From Bacteroidia bacterium (GTDB lineage: Bacteria; Bacteroidota; Bacteroidia; JADZBD01): a stretch of DNA of 64,000 nt. Positions 48,531-58,954 of the stretch are shown here, piece by piece. A program made the translations under genes and the position numbers. Below the pieces are notes generated by a model that did not search any database, had not been told where the DNA came from, and worked only from the letters and a program-made list of their open reading frames with translations. Location of the stretch: positions 19,722 to 83,721 of the forward strand of contig JAGVMA010000044.1 of the NCBI GenBank assembly GCA_020054095.1. The letters run 5' to 3'. Within the stretch, counting starts at the first letter, position 1; each line of letters begins with the position of its first letter.

Positions 48531-50621
48531 ATGTTAAGCAAAAAAAATTGGTTAGTTGTAGTTGTGCTTTGCAGCATTAATGCAGTAGCGCAAACTTATA
48601 CCAATACCATCGGTGGAACCATTGCAGATAACAATACTTATACATCTTATCCTATTTCAGTAAGCGGGTTAAATCCGGCAAACCTGAATACTAGCAGTTT
48701 TGGTTTAGAAAGTGTAACTATAAATATTGCGCACACAGCTGTGGGCGATTTGCGTATTAAATTAGAATCGCCCGATGGCAGCGAGTATGTACTCACTTCT
48801 TTTTTGGGCGGCACCGGCAATGATTATACAAATACAAATTTTACTGATACAGCAGCAAATTCTATTTCAGCAGGCACGGTTCCGTTTACCGGATATTTTA
48901 AACCCATAGATGCGCTCAGTAATTTTAACAATGGTCAAAACGGTAACGGCACTTGGAACTTAAATATTCGCGATCAAACAACAGGCAACACAGGCAGTGT
49001 AACATCGTGGAGTATAAAATTTAGTAACACCCCTGCGGGTTTTGTAAATTTCACATCATCTAATTTGCCCATCATAATCATTAATACTAATAACCAAGCT
49101 ATAGTTGATGACCCTAAAATATATTGCAACATGGGCATCATCTATAATGGTGTAGGCAACAGAAATTACATCACCGACCCACTTAACCATTACAACGGCC
49201 GCATAGGAATTGAGTTGAGAGGTTCAAGTTCGCAATGGTTTGATAAAAAGCCGTATGGATTTGAAACAGTGGATAACAATAATTTAGAATTAGACACCGC
49301 CTTACTTGGAATGCCGAGCGAACACGATTGGATTTTAAGTGCAAGCTACAGCGATAAAACATTTTTACATAATCCGCTCAGTTACAAATTAGCAAACGAC
49401 ATGAACCGCTATGCACCACGCACACAATTTGTGGAGTTGGTAGTAAACGGAGATTACAAAGGCGTGTATACTTTGATGGAAAAAATAAAACGAGACGATG
49501 GCAGAGTGGATATTGCCAAGCTCGATTTGGATGATAATGCAGGCGATTCACTAACCGGTGGATACATTATTAAAGTAGATAAAACAACAGGCAGCGGTGG
49601 TGCAGGCTGGTACTCTAATTATGCTCCGGCAGTTAGCACAGGCGGTCAGCAAATTTATTTTCAATACGATTATCCGAGCGATGTAAACATTACGCCACAA
49701 CAGATAAATTATATTCAGCAGTATATAGATAGTTTTGAAACTGCACTTAACGGCCCTAATTTTGCTGATACTGCAATCGGGTACAAAAAGTACCTCAGCA
49801 CCTATTCATTCATTGATTATTTTTTGATTAACGAATTATCGCGCAATGTGGACGGTTACCGAATAAGCACATATTTACACAAAGAAAAAAACGGAAAAAT
49901 TAAAATGGGACCTGTATGGGATTATGATATTGCCTGGCACAATGCTGATTATTGCAATGGATCACTTACAACAGGATGGGCACATGAATTTGGTAACGAT
50001 TGTCCGGCCGATTCTTGGCAAGTCCCGTTTTGGTGGAGGCGTTTACTGCAAGACACTAACTATGCAAATAAACTCCGCTGCCAGTGGGACTATTTAAAAA
50101 CAAATATTTTAAGTTTGAGCGCAATTAATCAATACATAGATACCAATGCGGCATTGCTAAATGAATCGCAACAACGCAATTTTACTCGTTGGCCCATTTT
50201 GGGAGTTTATGTTTGGCCTAATCCATCGCCAATACCTACTTCTTATCAGGGAGAAATAACTCAGCTAAAACAATGGATTACCCAGCGCTGGAATTGGCTG
50301 GATGCAAATATCCCCGGCAATTGCTACACGCTTAGTACTCCAGAAACTATATTGCCCCAAAATAGCGTAAGTGTTTTCCCCAATCCATTCAATGCTAATT
50401 TTACTGTTGAATTTTACATGCTGCAAAACTCTGCTGTACAATTTGCGCTTTACAATATGCTGGGAGAAAAAATTTATACATCCACCAATAGGAATTACAA
50501 TGCAGGTGGTAACCAATTTTTGGTAAACACTGCCAGCTTAAACCTTAATAGTGGTATGTATTTATTGAAAATTACTTGCGGTAACACTGTTATTACCAAG
50601 CCACTGGTAAAAACCAATTAG
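48531..50621 (+). CDS. CotH-family kinase with N-terminal proprotein-convertase P domain and T9SS CTD
   Basis: P domain (HT..GDL.I.L.SPDG…NGTW.L), CotH motifs (RGSSS..F.KK, NVDGYR.S, GPVWDYD), VFPNPF CTD. Confidence 0.88.
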   Translation: MLSKKNWLVVVVLCSINAVAQTYTNTIGGTIADNNTYTSYPISVSGLNPANLNTSSFGLESVTINIAHTAVGDLRIKLESPDGSEYVLTSFLGGTGNDYTNTNFTDTAANSISAGTVPFTGYFKPIDALSNFNNGQNGNGTWNLNIRDQTTGNTGSVTSWSIKFSNTPAGFVNFTSSNLPIIIINTNNQAIVDDPKIYCNMGIIYNGVGNRNYITDPLNHYNGRIGIELRGSSSQWFDKKPYGFETVDNNNLELDTALLGMPSEHDWILSASYSDKTFLHNPLSYKLANDMNRYAPRTQFVELVVNGDYKGVYTLMEKIKRDDGRVDIAKLDLDDNAGDSLTGGYIIKVDKTTGSGGAGWYSNYAPAVSTGGQQIYFQYDYPSDVNITPQQINYIQQYIDSFETALNGPNFADTAIGYKKYLSTYSFIDYFLINELSRNVDGYRISTYLHKEKNGKIKMGPVWDYDIAWHNADYCNGSLTTGWAHEFGNDCPADSWQVPFWWRRLLQDTNYANKLRCQWDYLKTNILSLSAINQYIDTNAALLNESQQRNFTRWPILGVYVWPNPSPIPTSYQGEITQLKQWITQRWNWLDANIPGNCYTLSTPETILPQNSVSVFPNPFNANFTVEFYMLQNSAVQFALYNMLGEKIYTSTNRNYNAGGNQFLVNTASLNLNSGMYLLKITCGNTVITKPLVKTN

Positions 50622-50716
50622 TAGTAGTATCTGATTTGAGCCATTAATTCGAGTTAAATTTTCTTGCAATTAATCTACTTTAAGTGTAAATTAGCGCCAC
50701 TAAAAACTTATGTACC

Positions 50717-52771
50717 ATGAAAAAAATATTTACTTCGACCTTTATAATTGGAATTTTAATTTCAGGTAACGCACAACATTTTTGCGGAACCACTGAAGTT
50801 TACAACCAAGTAGTGCACGATCATCCGGAGGTTTTACAAGAGCAAGAGCAGCTTGAAAATTTCACACAGCAGTATCAGCTTAACTTTAAAGGAAACAATA
50901 CCACATCGGCACCTATTTATACAATACCGGTGGTGTTTCACATACTACACCAATACGGCACCGAAAATATTTCTGAGCAGCAGATAAACGACCAAATGCG
51001 AATTTTGAATGAAGATTTTCAAAAGCTTAATGCAGATGTAAATACTGTGGCCGCCAGTTTTCAGGGCATATCTGCCGATGCACAAATACAATTTATGTTA
51101 GCACGCAAAGACCCAAATGGTAATTGCCACACGGGAATAGACAGAATAGTTTCGCCTGAAACAAACATTGGTGATGATGGCTCAAAACTTAACTCATGGC
51201 CGCGCAATAAATATTTGAACGTGTGGGTAGTGAAAACAATTTCTAGTGGCGCAGCTGGTTACGCTTACTTGCCAGGTACTGCACCAAGCGCAGCGGTAGA
51301 TGGTCTGATGATGCTTTCTACATATATAGGAAGTATTGGAACGGGCAATCCATCTACATCGCACACACTCACACACGAAGTAGGGCATTTTTTTAACCTA
51401 CAACACACATGGGGCAATACCAATCAGCCGGGCGTTTCTTGTGGTAATGATGGCGTTTCAGATACACCTGTAACAAAAGGGTGGACGACCTGCAACCTAA
51501 CAAACAATGATGTGTGCACTAGTGGTGTGGATGAAAATGTAGAAAACTTCATGGAATATTCTTTTTGCTTTAAAATGTTTACTGCCCAGCAAGCAACACG
51601 TATGCAAGCTTGCTTAAATAACACTGCCGGGCAGCGCAATCAGTTGCCAACAACATCAAACCTTGCAGCTACCGGAGTAGATGGAAGCATGAATAATGTT
51701 ACATGTGCCCCTATAGCAGATTACATTGCAACATTTAATTACGCGTGCACAGGTACAACATTTACATATAAAAATTATAATTGGGGTGGCCGAGCTACTT
51801 CATACAATTGGTCGTTTACGGGCGGCACTCCTTCATCATCTACTGATTCAATTCCATTAGTTGTTTACAATACACCTGGCACCTATTCTTCGTCAATGAC
51901 TGTTTCTAACGGAAGTGGCTCAAACACCCAAACAAGAACAAATTATGTAACTGCGTTTTCGCCAACAGCACAGTATAATTCATTTCAGTACTACGAAGGG
52001 TTTGAAAGCGGCAGTATTCCTAATAACGACTGGACGGTAATTAATCCGCAAAGTAATGCTTGGACGGTATCAAACACAGCATTTTTCACTGGTGCAAATT
52101 CTGTTAGACTAACTAACACAACTGCTAATTCAAGTCAAATAGATGAATTTTTTGGACCCTCTATTAATTTAGTTTCCATCCCCTCTCCGATATTTACATT
52201 TAAAGTTGCATTTGCACAGCGTACCACTAGCAATGCAGATAGATTACGAGTGCTCGTTTCCACAGATTGTGGTAGAACATGGGTTCCGAGATTAGCAAAA
52301 TCGGGTACTAATTTGAAAACCGTAAACCCAACCAATGTATCGTTTGTTCCAAATTCGCAATCGCAATGGAGAACGGAAACAATTAATCTTGCATCGTATG
52401 TAAATAGCACTAACGTGAGAATTAAATTTGAGTTTACCAGCGATGGAGGAAACAATATTTATATTGATGACATAAATATTCTTGGCGCATCATCTATTAA
52501 TGATGAATTTGAAAACGCTGTTGCGATGACATTGTTTCCTAATCCAACGGATGCCAACAGTACCGTTAGTTTCAATGTGCTACAGACAGGGAAAATATCA
52601 TTACAAATTACGGATATGATTGGTAGAATGGTTGACGAAATTTACAATGGCGAGATGATTGCGGGCGAACAACAATTATTTATCCCAACTGAAAATATGA
52701 GCAAAGGTATTTATACAGTTATGCTAAATATTGATGGGCGAATAGTTGCTAAAAAGCTGATAGTTAATTAA
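50717..52771 (+). CDS. M43 (pappalysin/ulilysin-like) zinc metalloprotease with PKD domain and T9SS CTD
   Basis: CGT cysteine-switch pro-region, IPVVFH, HEVGHFFNLQH, ENFMEY Met-turn, LFPNP CTD. Confidence 0.9.
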   Translation: MKKIFTSTFIIGILISGNAQHFCGTTEVYNQVVHDHPEVLQEQEQLENFTQQYQLNFKGNNTTSAPIYTIPVVFHILHQYGTENISEQQINDQMRILNEDFQKLNADVNTVAASFQGISADAQIQFMLARKDPNGNCHTGIDRIVSPETNIGDDGSKLNSWPRNKYLNVWVVKTISSGAAGYAYLPGTAPSAAVDGLMMLSTYIGSIGTGNPSTSHTLTHEVGHFFNLQHTWGNTNQPGVSCGNDGVSDTPVTKGWTTCNLTNNDVCTSGVDENVENFMEYSFCFKMFTAQQATRMQACLNNTAGQRNQLPTTSNLAATGVDGSMNNVTCAPIADYIATFNYACTGTTFTYKNYNWGGRATSYNWSFTGGTPSSSTDSIPLVVYNTPGTYSSSMTVSNGSGSNTQTRTNYVTAFSPTAQYNSFQYYEGFESGSIPNNDWTVINPQSNAWTVSNTAFFTGANSVRLTNTTANSSQIDEFFGPSINLVSIPSPIFTFKVAFAQRTTSNADRLRVLVSTDCGRTWVPRLAKSGTNLKTVNPTNVSFVPNSQSQWRTETINLASYVNSTNVRIKFEFTSDGGNNIYIDDINILGASSINDEFENAVAMTLFPNPTDANSTVSFNVLQTGKISLQITDMIGRMVDEIYNGEMIAGEQQLFIPTENMSKGIYTVMLNIDGRIVAKKLIVN

Positions 52772-52787
52772 CACCTAAAAGTAAATC

Positions 52788-52834
52788 ATCACAAAAAAGC
52801 AGGGCGGCCAAAGGCCGCCCTGCTTTTTTGTGAT
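52788..52834. terminator. Strong bidirectional terminator
   Basis: Perfect 22-bp stem ATCACAAAAAAGCAGGGCGGCC-AAA-GGCCGCCCTGCTTTTTTGTGAT between convergent genes. Confidence 0.9.
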
Positions 52835-52855
52835 ATAGTGTGACACAGTTATAAG

Positions 52856-55800
52856 TTAATTCTCTCCCCGCAATGGCAAATCAGCCAAGTAATCGTCCAA
52901 TAATTTTTTAGAATTTTTGGTTTTAAAGAAACTCATTGGTTGATAGTTGATGTCTTTGTCTTTTCCGCGAACAAGCATGTGTAAAAACCAGCTGTCTTCG
53001 GAGTAGGTTCCAAATGGTTTTGGAGTCATAGTCATTAGCTGGTAGCCGAACTGCTGTGCAATCATTGGGAACAACCCAAAGTTGGTATCATCAATGTTTG
53101 ATAACTCCTCGATGATGATGAAGCGAACACCCGGGCGATTTTTATCGCGCTGAATAACCGATAAACGACCGATACATAATAAAGCAAGCGCAGTGTAAGC
53201 TTGCCCGCCCGAACCCGAGTAACGATTATTTTTATCATCGTACAAACCCACACGCAATTCAAAATAAAATTTAGGATTCAATAGATCCTCTAATTCACAA
53301 TTTTTTACCATGCTGAATTGCTGAGCAATGCTGATGATAAATTTATCGGGAGAATTATCTCCATGATGCATGCCGGGTTGCTCGGTAAATAAATCGGCAC
53401 CAAAGCGTTGCACTTTAGCGCGTTCGCGCATTTTAGCAATCCAGTCAATGGTTATGTCTTTGCGGTCGTTAAAATCAATGCGGAAATTATATCCATAACT
53501 GATTTTATTTTCGCTGAAGAAAAAGTTAAGTTCAGTAACTAATCGTTTTAAGGCATGGTATTGTTTTTCTACTTGCGAAAACACATTGACGATAATTGCT
53601 AACTGTAAATCACCAAATTTTTTCAACTCCTCATTCAATTTTCCAAGTTCAGGCGAAATGCCTTCTAAGCCGAGCTTACCACACAACACCCTCACAAGCG
53701 TAAAAAAATTAAACTTATCGTTTTCCACATCCGGGCTTTTGTGATCTTTTGTTTCGTCAAACGATTGCACAATGCGCGTGTATTCCTCTTCATAATCTCT
53801 GCGAGCAGCATTGTATTCAATTTCCATCTTTTTAATTTGCCTATCAGTTAAATCTCCGGTTTGCAAAATATCTTCAAACTTAAAACTTGTTTCGCTCTCT
53901 AACGCTTTGCGTTTTTCTTCAAATGCCGTGCGCGATTTGTTTAAATCTGCGGCTAATTGCTTGTCGCGTTCTTTACATGAGTTAATAGTTCCTTCGGCCG
54001 AAATAATGTTGCGCTCGGTCTCTTCGCGCTGCTCTTCTAATGAGTGTAATTGCTCCTCAACATCCTTTAACTGATCACGAACAATATCAATTTTCTGATT
54101 TTTTAAAGCTTTCAATTGGTCGGCAGTTAATTTTTTACCGCTTTGTCGGTCTAATTCGGTTTCGTATCTCAGCATATCGCGCACCATGTTTTCGTTTTCG
54201 ATATGCCCTTCGGTTTGTCGTTTAGCAATTAAAATTGCCTCTTCGTTTACTCGCCTGTAATCATCCCTCAGCTCATCATACTGCGATAAATTATCAATAT
54301 TGTTTTGAATAATTTCTATAACAGATTCGGTTAAGTCTTCGTCAATTTCAAAAGATTCAATGTCTTTCCGCTTTTTATATGCTTCAAACATTTCGGCATT
54401 GTAACCAATATTACTTAGCTCGCGGTTAAGTTTAGAAATTTTGTCAAACTCTTCTTTCGCCTCTGCCAAATTCTTGGCCGCTTCTTCTTTGTCTTTCGCC
54501 AAAGATGTTTTAAGGTTTTTTGCGTTACCAAACTTTTGCTCGCTTATATAAGGAACATATTCGCGCAACTCCCCAAGCACCAACCAAATTCCGTTTTTGT
54601 CTTCTTCAACTGCATCTAACAATGATTTAGGGTCGTCAGTATAACGTATTCCGGCTTCGGCAGTTTTTGGTTTTTTTAGCAATACATCTTTAAAATGCAT
54701 TAAAGCAGTTTCTTGTGCAACGGTCAAACTTTTCTTTTGTGCCGCAGCCCATACCAAAAGCGAATCGGCAGCCCCGCTTTCATAGACATCAAGCAAATTC
54801 TCAAGCTCGGCAATAGTTTGTGGCAGGTCTATTAATTTTTGCTGATAGTGCTCATAAGCATTGTCGTAATCCTTAGCCCATTCTGATTTTTCAAACTCGG
54901 CAAAGCTGTTTATTGATTTCAATAATGATAAACGCTTTTTAACATCACCAAAGTTTGCTTGCTTGTTCAGTTGCTCGCGTATGGCTTTTACCGATTTATA
55001 TTTTTTAAATATCGGGTCTATTTTTTCCAATTCGTTTAAAACGATGAGCAACTTATTCGCTTGCACACGCAATTCTTCAATTTTAATATCACTCAACTCA
55101 GGCAGTACGTTATCGTAATGCTCTTTCATAATAGTAGTTATCGCAAAAGCTTCGGCATATAGTTTTAATATATTGCTTTGCAATACTTTTATTTCTTCTG
55201 AGTTTTTTTTGAAACTTTTTTGTGCATTTTCTAACCTATAAGCATTTTCCTCGTGTATCTTGTGTATATCAATATAAGTGAGTGATGCTAAAATAGCATC
55301 GCTTTTCAGATAGTCTATTTTTTTCTCGGCATATTTATCGTGCTTTTCTTTTAAGGCGGTTAGCTTAGTTTGCTTCACCTCCAATTCATTAATTACGGTC
55401 CGGTTTAAATTATATTGCCTGATGTAACTCACAAGCATATCTTTTTGCTCGCCAAATAGTGTTTTAATATCTTCGTTTTCCTCGAACAAGAAATTCTGTA
55501 AACTTTTTGAGTTATTGATGTCAAGCGTTTTGGCGCGTGCAAACGATTGAATAACTTTTGCATACGCTTTTAAGTTATTCTCTTTTGTTAAATCAATTGG
55601 AATTAGTTGATTTTTATAAAGTATATCGTAATACAGTTGTATTTCTTCGGATTGAAAAAAGTCTTTCAAGAACAAGCCATGCTTCTTATGTAACTGCTCT
55701 TTCAGTTCTCTCAAGTCAAGTACCTTTTTATCATCACCTAAAAAATCCCACGATTTTATTGGTCGCTCGAAAGAAATGAGCGTTTTGTTTTCAAAGTCAT

Positions 55801-56164
55801 CGCTCTTTTGAATAATGAAAGGCCTAACCGGCATTCTAGAATTTTTTGGTATAAATGCCCCGATGCAAATAAATCGGTTTTGGTAGCGCTCAATATTAAT
55901 AAAGGTGTAGCCGTGCTCCACATAATCTTTATTGAGCGGAATGCCTTCAATTTTTCTGTCGTTTTTACCCACGCCTTCGGTGCCCGGTTTCCACATATCG
56001 CGCTTCGGAATAAAAATAAGTTGCATTAAGTCGGCAATTACTGATTTGCCTAATCCGTTATCTCCCGTAAAATCGGTGCGGATAGGATGCAAAAGGTAAT
56101 CGGCATTATTGTGCTGCCTTATGCCAGCAGTAGATAGAGAGTAAATTCTAGGATAGTTGCTCAT
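52856..56164 (-). CDS. SMC-family ATPase (MukB/MksB/JetC-like)
   Basis: N-terminal Walker A GDNGLGKS, two long coiled coils around a central globular region, signature GSGGQ, Walker B/D-loop FIIIEELSNID. Confidence 0.85.
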   Translation of the reverse strand: MSNYPRIYSLSTAGIRQHNNADYLLHPIRTDFTGDNGLGKSVIADLMQLIFIPKRDMWKPGTEGVGKNDRKIEGIPLNKDYVEHGYTFINIERYQNRFICIGAFIPKNSRMPVRPFIIQKSDDFENKTLISFERPIKSWDFLGDDKKVLDLRELKEQLHKKHGLFLKDFFQSEEIQLYYDILYKNQLIPIDLTKENNLKAYAKVIQSFARAKTLDINNSKSLQNFLFEENEDIKTLFGEQKDMLVSYIRQYNLNRTVINELEVKQTKLTALKEKHDKYAEKKIDYLKSDAILASLTYIDIHKIHEENAYRLENAQKSFKKNSEEIKVLQSNILKLYAEAFAITTIMKEHYDNVLPELSDIKIEELRVQANKLLIVLNELEKIDPIFKKYKSVKAIREQLNKQANFGDVKKRLSLLKSINSFAEFEKSEWAKDYDNAYEHYQQKLIDLPQTIAELENLLDVYESGAADSLLVWAAAQKKSLTVAQETALMHFKDVLLKKPKTAEAGIRYTDDPKSLLDAVEEDKNGIWLVLGELREYVPYISEQKFGNAKNLKTSLAKDKEEAAKNLAEAKEEFDKISKLNRELSNIGYNAEMFEAYKKRKDIESFEIDEDLTESVIEIIQNNIDNLSQYDELRDDYRRVNEEAILIAKRQTEGHIENENMVRDMLRYETELDRQSGKKLTADQLKALKNQKIDIVRDQLKDVEEQLHSLEEQREETERNIISAEGTINSCKERDKQLAADLNKSRTAFEEKRKALESETSFKFEDILQTGDLTDRQIKKMEIEYNAARRDYEEEYTRIVQSFDETKDHKSPDVENDKFNFFTLVRVLCGKLGLEGISPELGKLNEELKKFGDLQLAIIVNVFSQVEKQYHALKRLVTELNFFFSENKISYGYNFRIDFNDRKDITIDWIAKMRERAKVQRFGADLFTEQPGMHHGDNSPDKFIISIAQQFSMVKNCELEDLLNPKFYFELRVGLYDDKNNRYSGSGGQAYTALALLCIGRLSVIQRDKNRPGVRFIIIEELSNIDDTNFGLFPMIAQQFGYQLMTMTPKPFGTYSEDSWFLHMLVRGKDKDINYQPMSFFKTKNSKKLLDDYLADLPLRGEN

Positions 56165-56804
56165 TTATATATTCGCTCATTAGTTCAACATTTGCAATTT
56201 CATTGGCGTATAATCGTGCTATGCGATCAATACTTGGCATAATTTCAAATTGTGTGGCTTCGTAATCAACCCAGTGTATCCAGCCAAAGCGCTCGAATAA
56301 AGACAGCGAGCGCTCAAACCTGCGTTTCATTTCTTCTTTTTCGTTAGGAGTATAATTGCGTTTTATTTCTCCGTACAAAACTTTTTGCCATAGTTCTTTG
56401 TGTTCACTTTCATCAATCACTTGTTCTATTTGTTGCCACTTTACTTCTTTGCTTTCAAAAAAACGCTCCTTATATATATTAAGTAACAGCACGGCAATAA
56501 TCACATGACGGTCGTCCATGATTCGGTGGCGGTCGCCCACAAATTTTCCGCTGCCATCTTGTGGTAGTTCAATAAAAAAATAAATATCGCGTTCGTTGCT
56601 TTCTCTGCGAAGGTAAACGGCAAATAGGTGTTCGTAATACAAGCACAGTTGCTCGTAGTGATCGTTAATGTAATCCCACAGTTTTGCATCCGAAGCATAG
56701 TTTTGTATGTGTCGTCCGGCACGGAGCGCAAAGTCGCAATCGGCAAAATATTTGCCCGATGCTTCGTTTGCTAAGAATTGGAGCGAGTAATTTTCATTTT
56801 CCAT
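56148..56804 (-). CDS. MukE/MksE/JetB-like KITE subunit (putative)
   Basis: 218 aa, middle gene overlapping both neighbours; size, position and the C-terminal F.IMPSIDR pattern fit a KITE. Assignment is by context. Confidence 0.65.
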   Translation of the reverse strand: MENENYSLQFLANEASGKYFADCDFALRAGRHIQNYASDAKLWDYINDHYEQLCLYYEHLFAVYLRRESNERDIYFFIELPQDGSGKFVGDRHRIMDDRHVIIAVLLLNIYKERFFESKEVKWQQIEQVIDESEHKELWQKVLYGEIKRNYTPNEKEEMKRRFERSLSLFERFGWIHWVDYEATQFEIMPSIDRIARLYANEIANVELMSEYINEQLS

Positions 56805-58102
56805 AGTGCTAAATCGTCTTTTGCTTTAAATGGTTTTTGTTGATCAATAACAATATCCATTTCTTTATTACGGTTATATTTTTGAATTAAATTAAAACAC
56901 ACATCAATAGGCACTTCCAAATTTTTCTCTTTGGCGTACATGTCCTTAAACCATTTTTCATAAATAAAATCTTCGCCCTTTGCTAATGATGCGTTAATGC
57001 TTTCGAGCCACTGCGTAACACTTTCTTGCCTGTTTAGTACACGCATGTTCTCGGCTTCTTTTTTCTTTTTGTACTCGGCATCTTCTTCCATCTCGGGCAC
57101 ATCGCGTGGCGTAACTTCTGTAAAATTGAGCGATGGTATTTTGGTGTATTTTTCTCTGAAATATGGAATTTTACGATTGGCAATATTTTCGGGTAGCACC
57201 ACCACAGCATCATTTGTCCACTTGCTGTTTTTTAAAAGATAGTGCAAAAACTTTTCAATTTTTAATTTAAAAAGCTGCTTGTATTGTAGTGTTTCATAAA
57301 GCGCACGCAACCTCGAAGTTGATAATTGTATCCGGTCATTTATGGAAAGTACGCGACTATCTATGTTATCAAAAAATTTTTCTACCTCGTGTCGTATTTT
57401 GGTATATGATTCCCAATCTTCTTTTTTATCCAGAAAATTCTTCTCGGCATCTTTTATATTGTCAATTATCTCGAGTTTAAAATTTAATGTTTCAGTAAGG
57501 CCATCGGTTTGTTTTCCCAGGCCTTCAAAAATTTCGATAAAGCGAGTAATTAATTCTTTCGTGCTTGTAATTTCGCTTTTTAAAAGAGTGCGCAATGCCA
57601 TTGTTTTAGCATCCACTAATCTTTGCAAGTTTTCGGAGTGAGCTAAAATAATTCGTTTTGATGGTTCATAATGCTGCCGAAACCAATATTCAAAATTTTT
57701 AATCGAAGTTAAATCCTCTCGCTCCATTTTCAGCGTTCGTCTAAAAGTGTGGATTAGTTCCGTCTCTTCAAACTGGGGTTCCATCTCATTTATGATGATG
57801 CGAACCAAATCGCGCGCAAAAACAGTTAACTGGTAACGATATTCGTTACCTTTTTTAAGAGTAGTATAATAAAACTGGCTAAGTTTACGGGAGATGCTTT
57901 CTTTTTGGATAGTTTGCCCACGATGCAAAATGTTCGACACTTCGTCAATTGCATCCTCAAAATCGCGTTGCGTGAATGGATCTTCAATTTCTTGTTTGTC
58001 AATTTTATTTTGGAGTGTTATCAGGAGCAGAACCACTTCTTTATTTTGTGGGAGAAGTGTATCGTAATTTCCTAAAACCGATTGCAAAAGCTCTTTTTGC
58101 AT
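56771..58102 (-). CDS. MukF/MksF/JetA-like kleisin subunit (putative)
   Basis: 443 aa helical protein, first in the operon, with a winged-helix-like N-terminal Y.LT..A motif. Assignment is by size and context. Confidence 0.6.
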   Translation of the reverse strand: MQKELLQSVLGNYDTLLPQNKEVVLLLITLQNKIDKQEIEDPFTQRDFEDAIDEVSNILHRGQTIQKESISRKLSQFYYTTLKKGNEYRYQLTVFARDLVRIIINEMEPQFEETELIHTFRRTLKMEREDLTSIKNFEYWFRQHYEPSKRIILAHSENLQRLVDAKTMALRTLLKSEITSTKELITRFIEIFEGLGKQTDGLTETLNFKLEIIDNIKDAEKNFLDKKEDWESYTKIRHEVEKFFDNIDSRVLSINDRIQLSTSRLRALYETLQYKQLFKLKIEKFLHYLLKNSKWTNDAVVVLPENIANRKIPYFREKYTKIPSLNFTEVTPRDVPEMEEDAEYKKKKEAENMRVLNRQESVTQWLESINASLAKGEDFIYEKWFKDMYAKEKNLEVPIDVCFNLIQKYNRNKEMDIVIDQQKPFKAKDDLALWKMKITRSNS

Positions 58103-58284
58103 GAAGAGTGGTGTTTTTTTAGCGCATCTAAAATATAGTAAATAAGCGCGGCAGTAGTTAAAAGTTATTAACGCTCGCCCTCATTTTGTTGATACTCAAA
58201 AGAAGAAAAACAAATTAAAATTAGTGCGGTAAAAAGATTTTGAATTTATTTTGCCGAAGTAAAAATTAAAACACACAAACTACG

Positions 58285-58629
58285 ATGACCAAAAATATTC
58301 GAGTCCTTGAAAATTTTCATATTCCGTTGTGGCTGATAAAAGATGCTTGCTGGATGTTCCACTGGAAATTAATTGGTGTAACTATGATTGCTCCAACATT
58401 AGCAGTATCGCTGCTTATTGTTTTCATTACTCGAAAATCGAATGATGTTTTTATTAACGCAGCAATTTCTTTTTGGATTTCGGCAAATGCTTTTTGGATG
58501 TGTGCCGAGTTTTTTGCATTTGAGCAATACAAAGAACTGGCCGCAATTCCTTTTTCGTGCGGATTTTTATTCGTTATTATTTTTTACTTGAGAGCGAAAA
58601 AAACTAAAAACGAAGAAAAAAATACCTGA
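58285..58629 (+). CDS. Small four-TM membrane protein, unknown function
   Basis: ENFHIPLWLIKDACW…FWISANAFWM..EF; hydrophobic. Confidence 0.75.
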   Translation: MTKNIRVLENFHIPLWLIKDACWMFHWKLIGVTMIAPTLAVSLLIVFITRKSNDVFINAAISFWISANAFWMCAEFFAFEQYKELAAIPFSCGFLFVIIFYLRAKKTKNEEKNT

Positions 58630-58954
58630 AACAAAAAAATTTCACTCATCGAAAAAATATTTTTTGATGCAAAAATCAAATTTTGTTGTCAGAAAAATTA
58701 ATCACAGTTCATCTGAAAAAAAATATTTCAATAAAAAATCAATCTCTTACATCCCTTTGTTATCAACGAAAACTGAGCATCACAAAATATTTTTTAAACA
58801 AAAATATTTCTTCATCACAAAAAATATTTTTTTCAGTTCAGAGTTATTAACTTTTTTAACAGTAGTGTGTTGAAAAAAAAGATGTGTTAAAAATTAGTTA
58901 GTAATTAAAATTTCACTTACTTCGTATCAATAATAATTTCAAAAACCAAAAACC

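Noticed and set aside
52856..58102. Calling this a complete Wadjet anti-plasmid system
   Set aside because: No jetD/Toprim nuclease gene on either side within the window.
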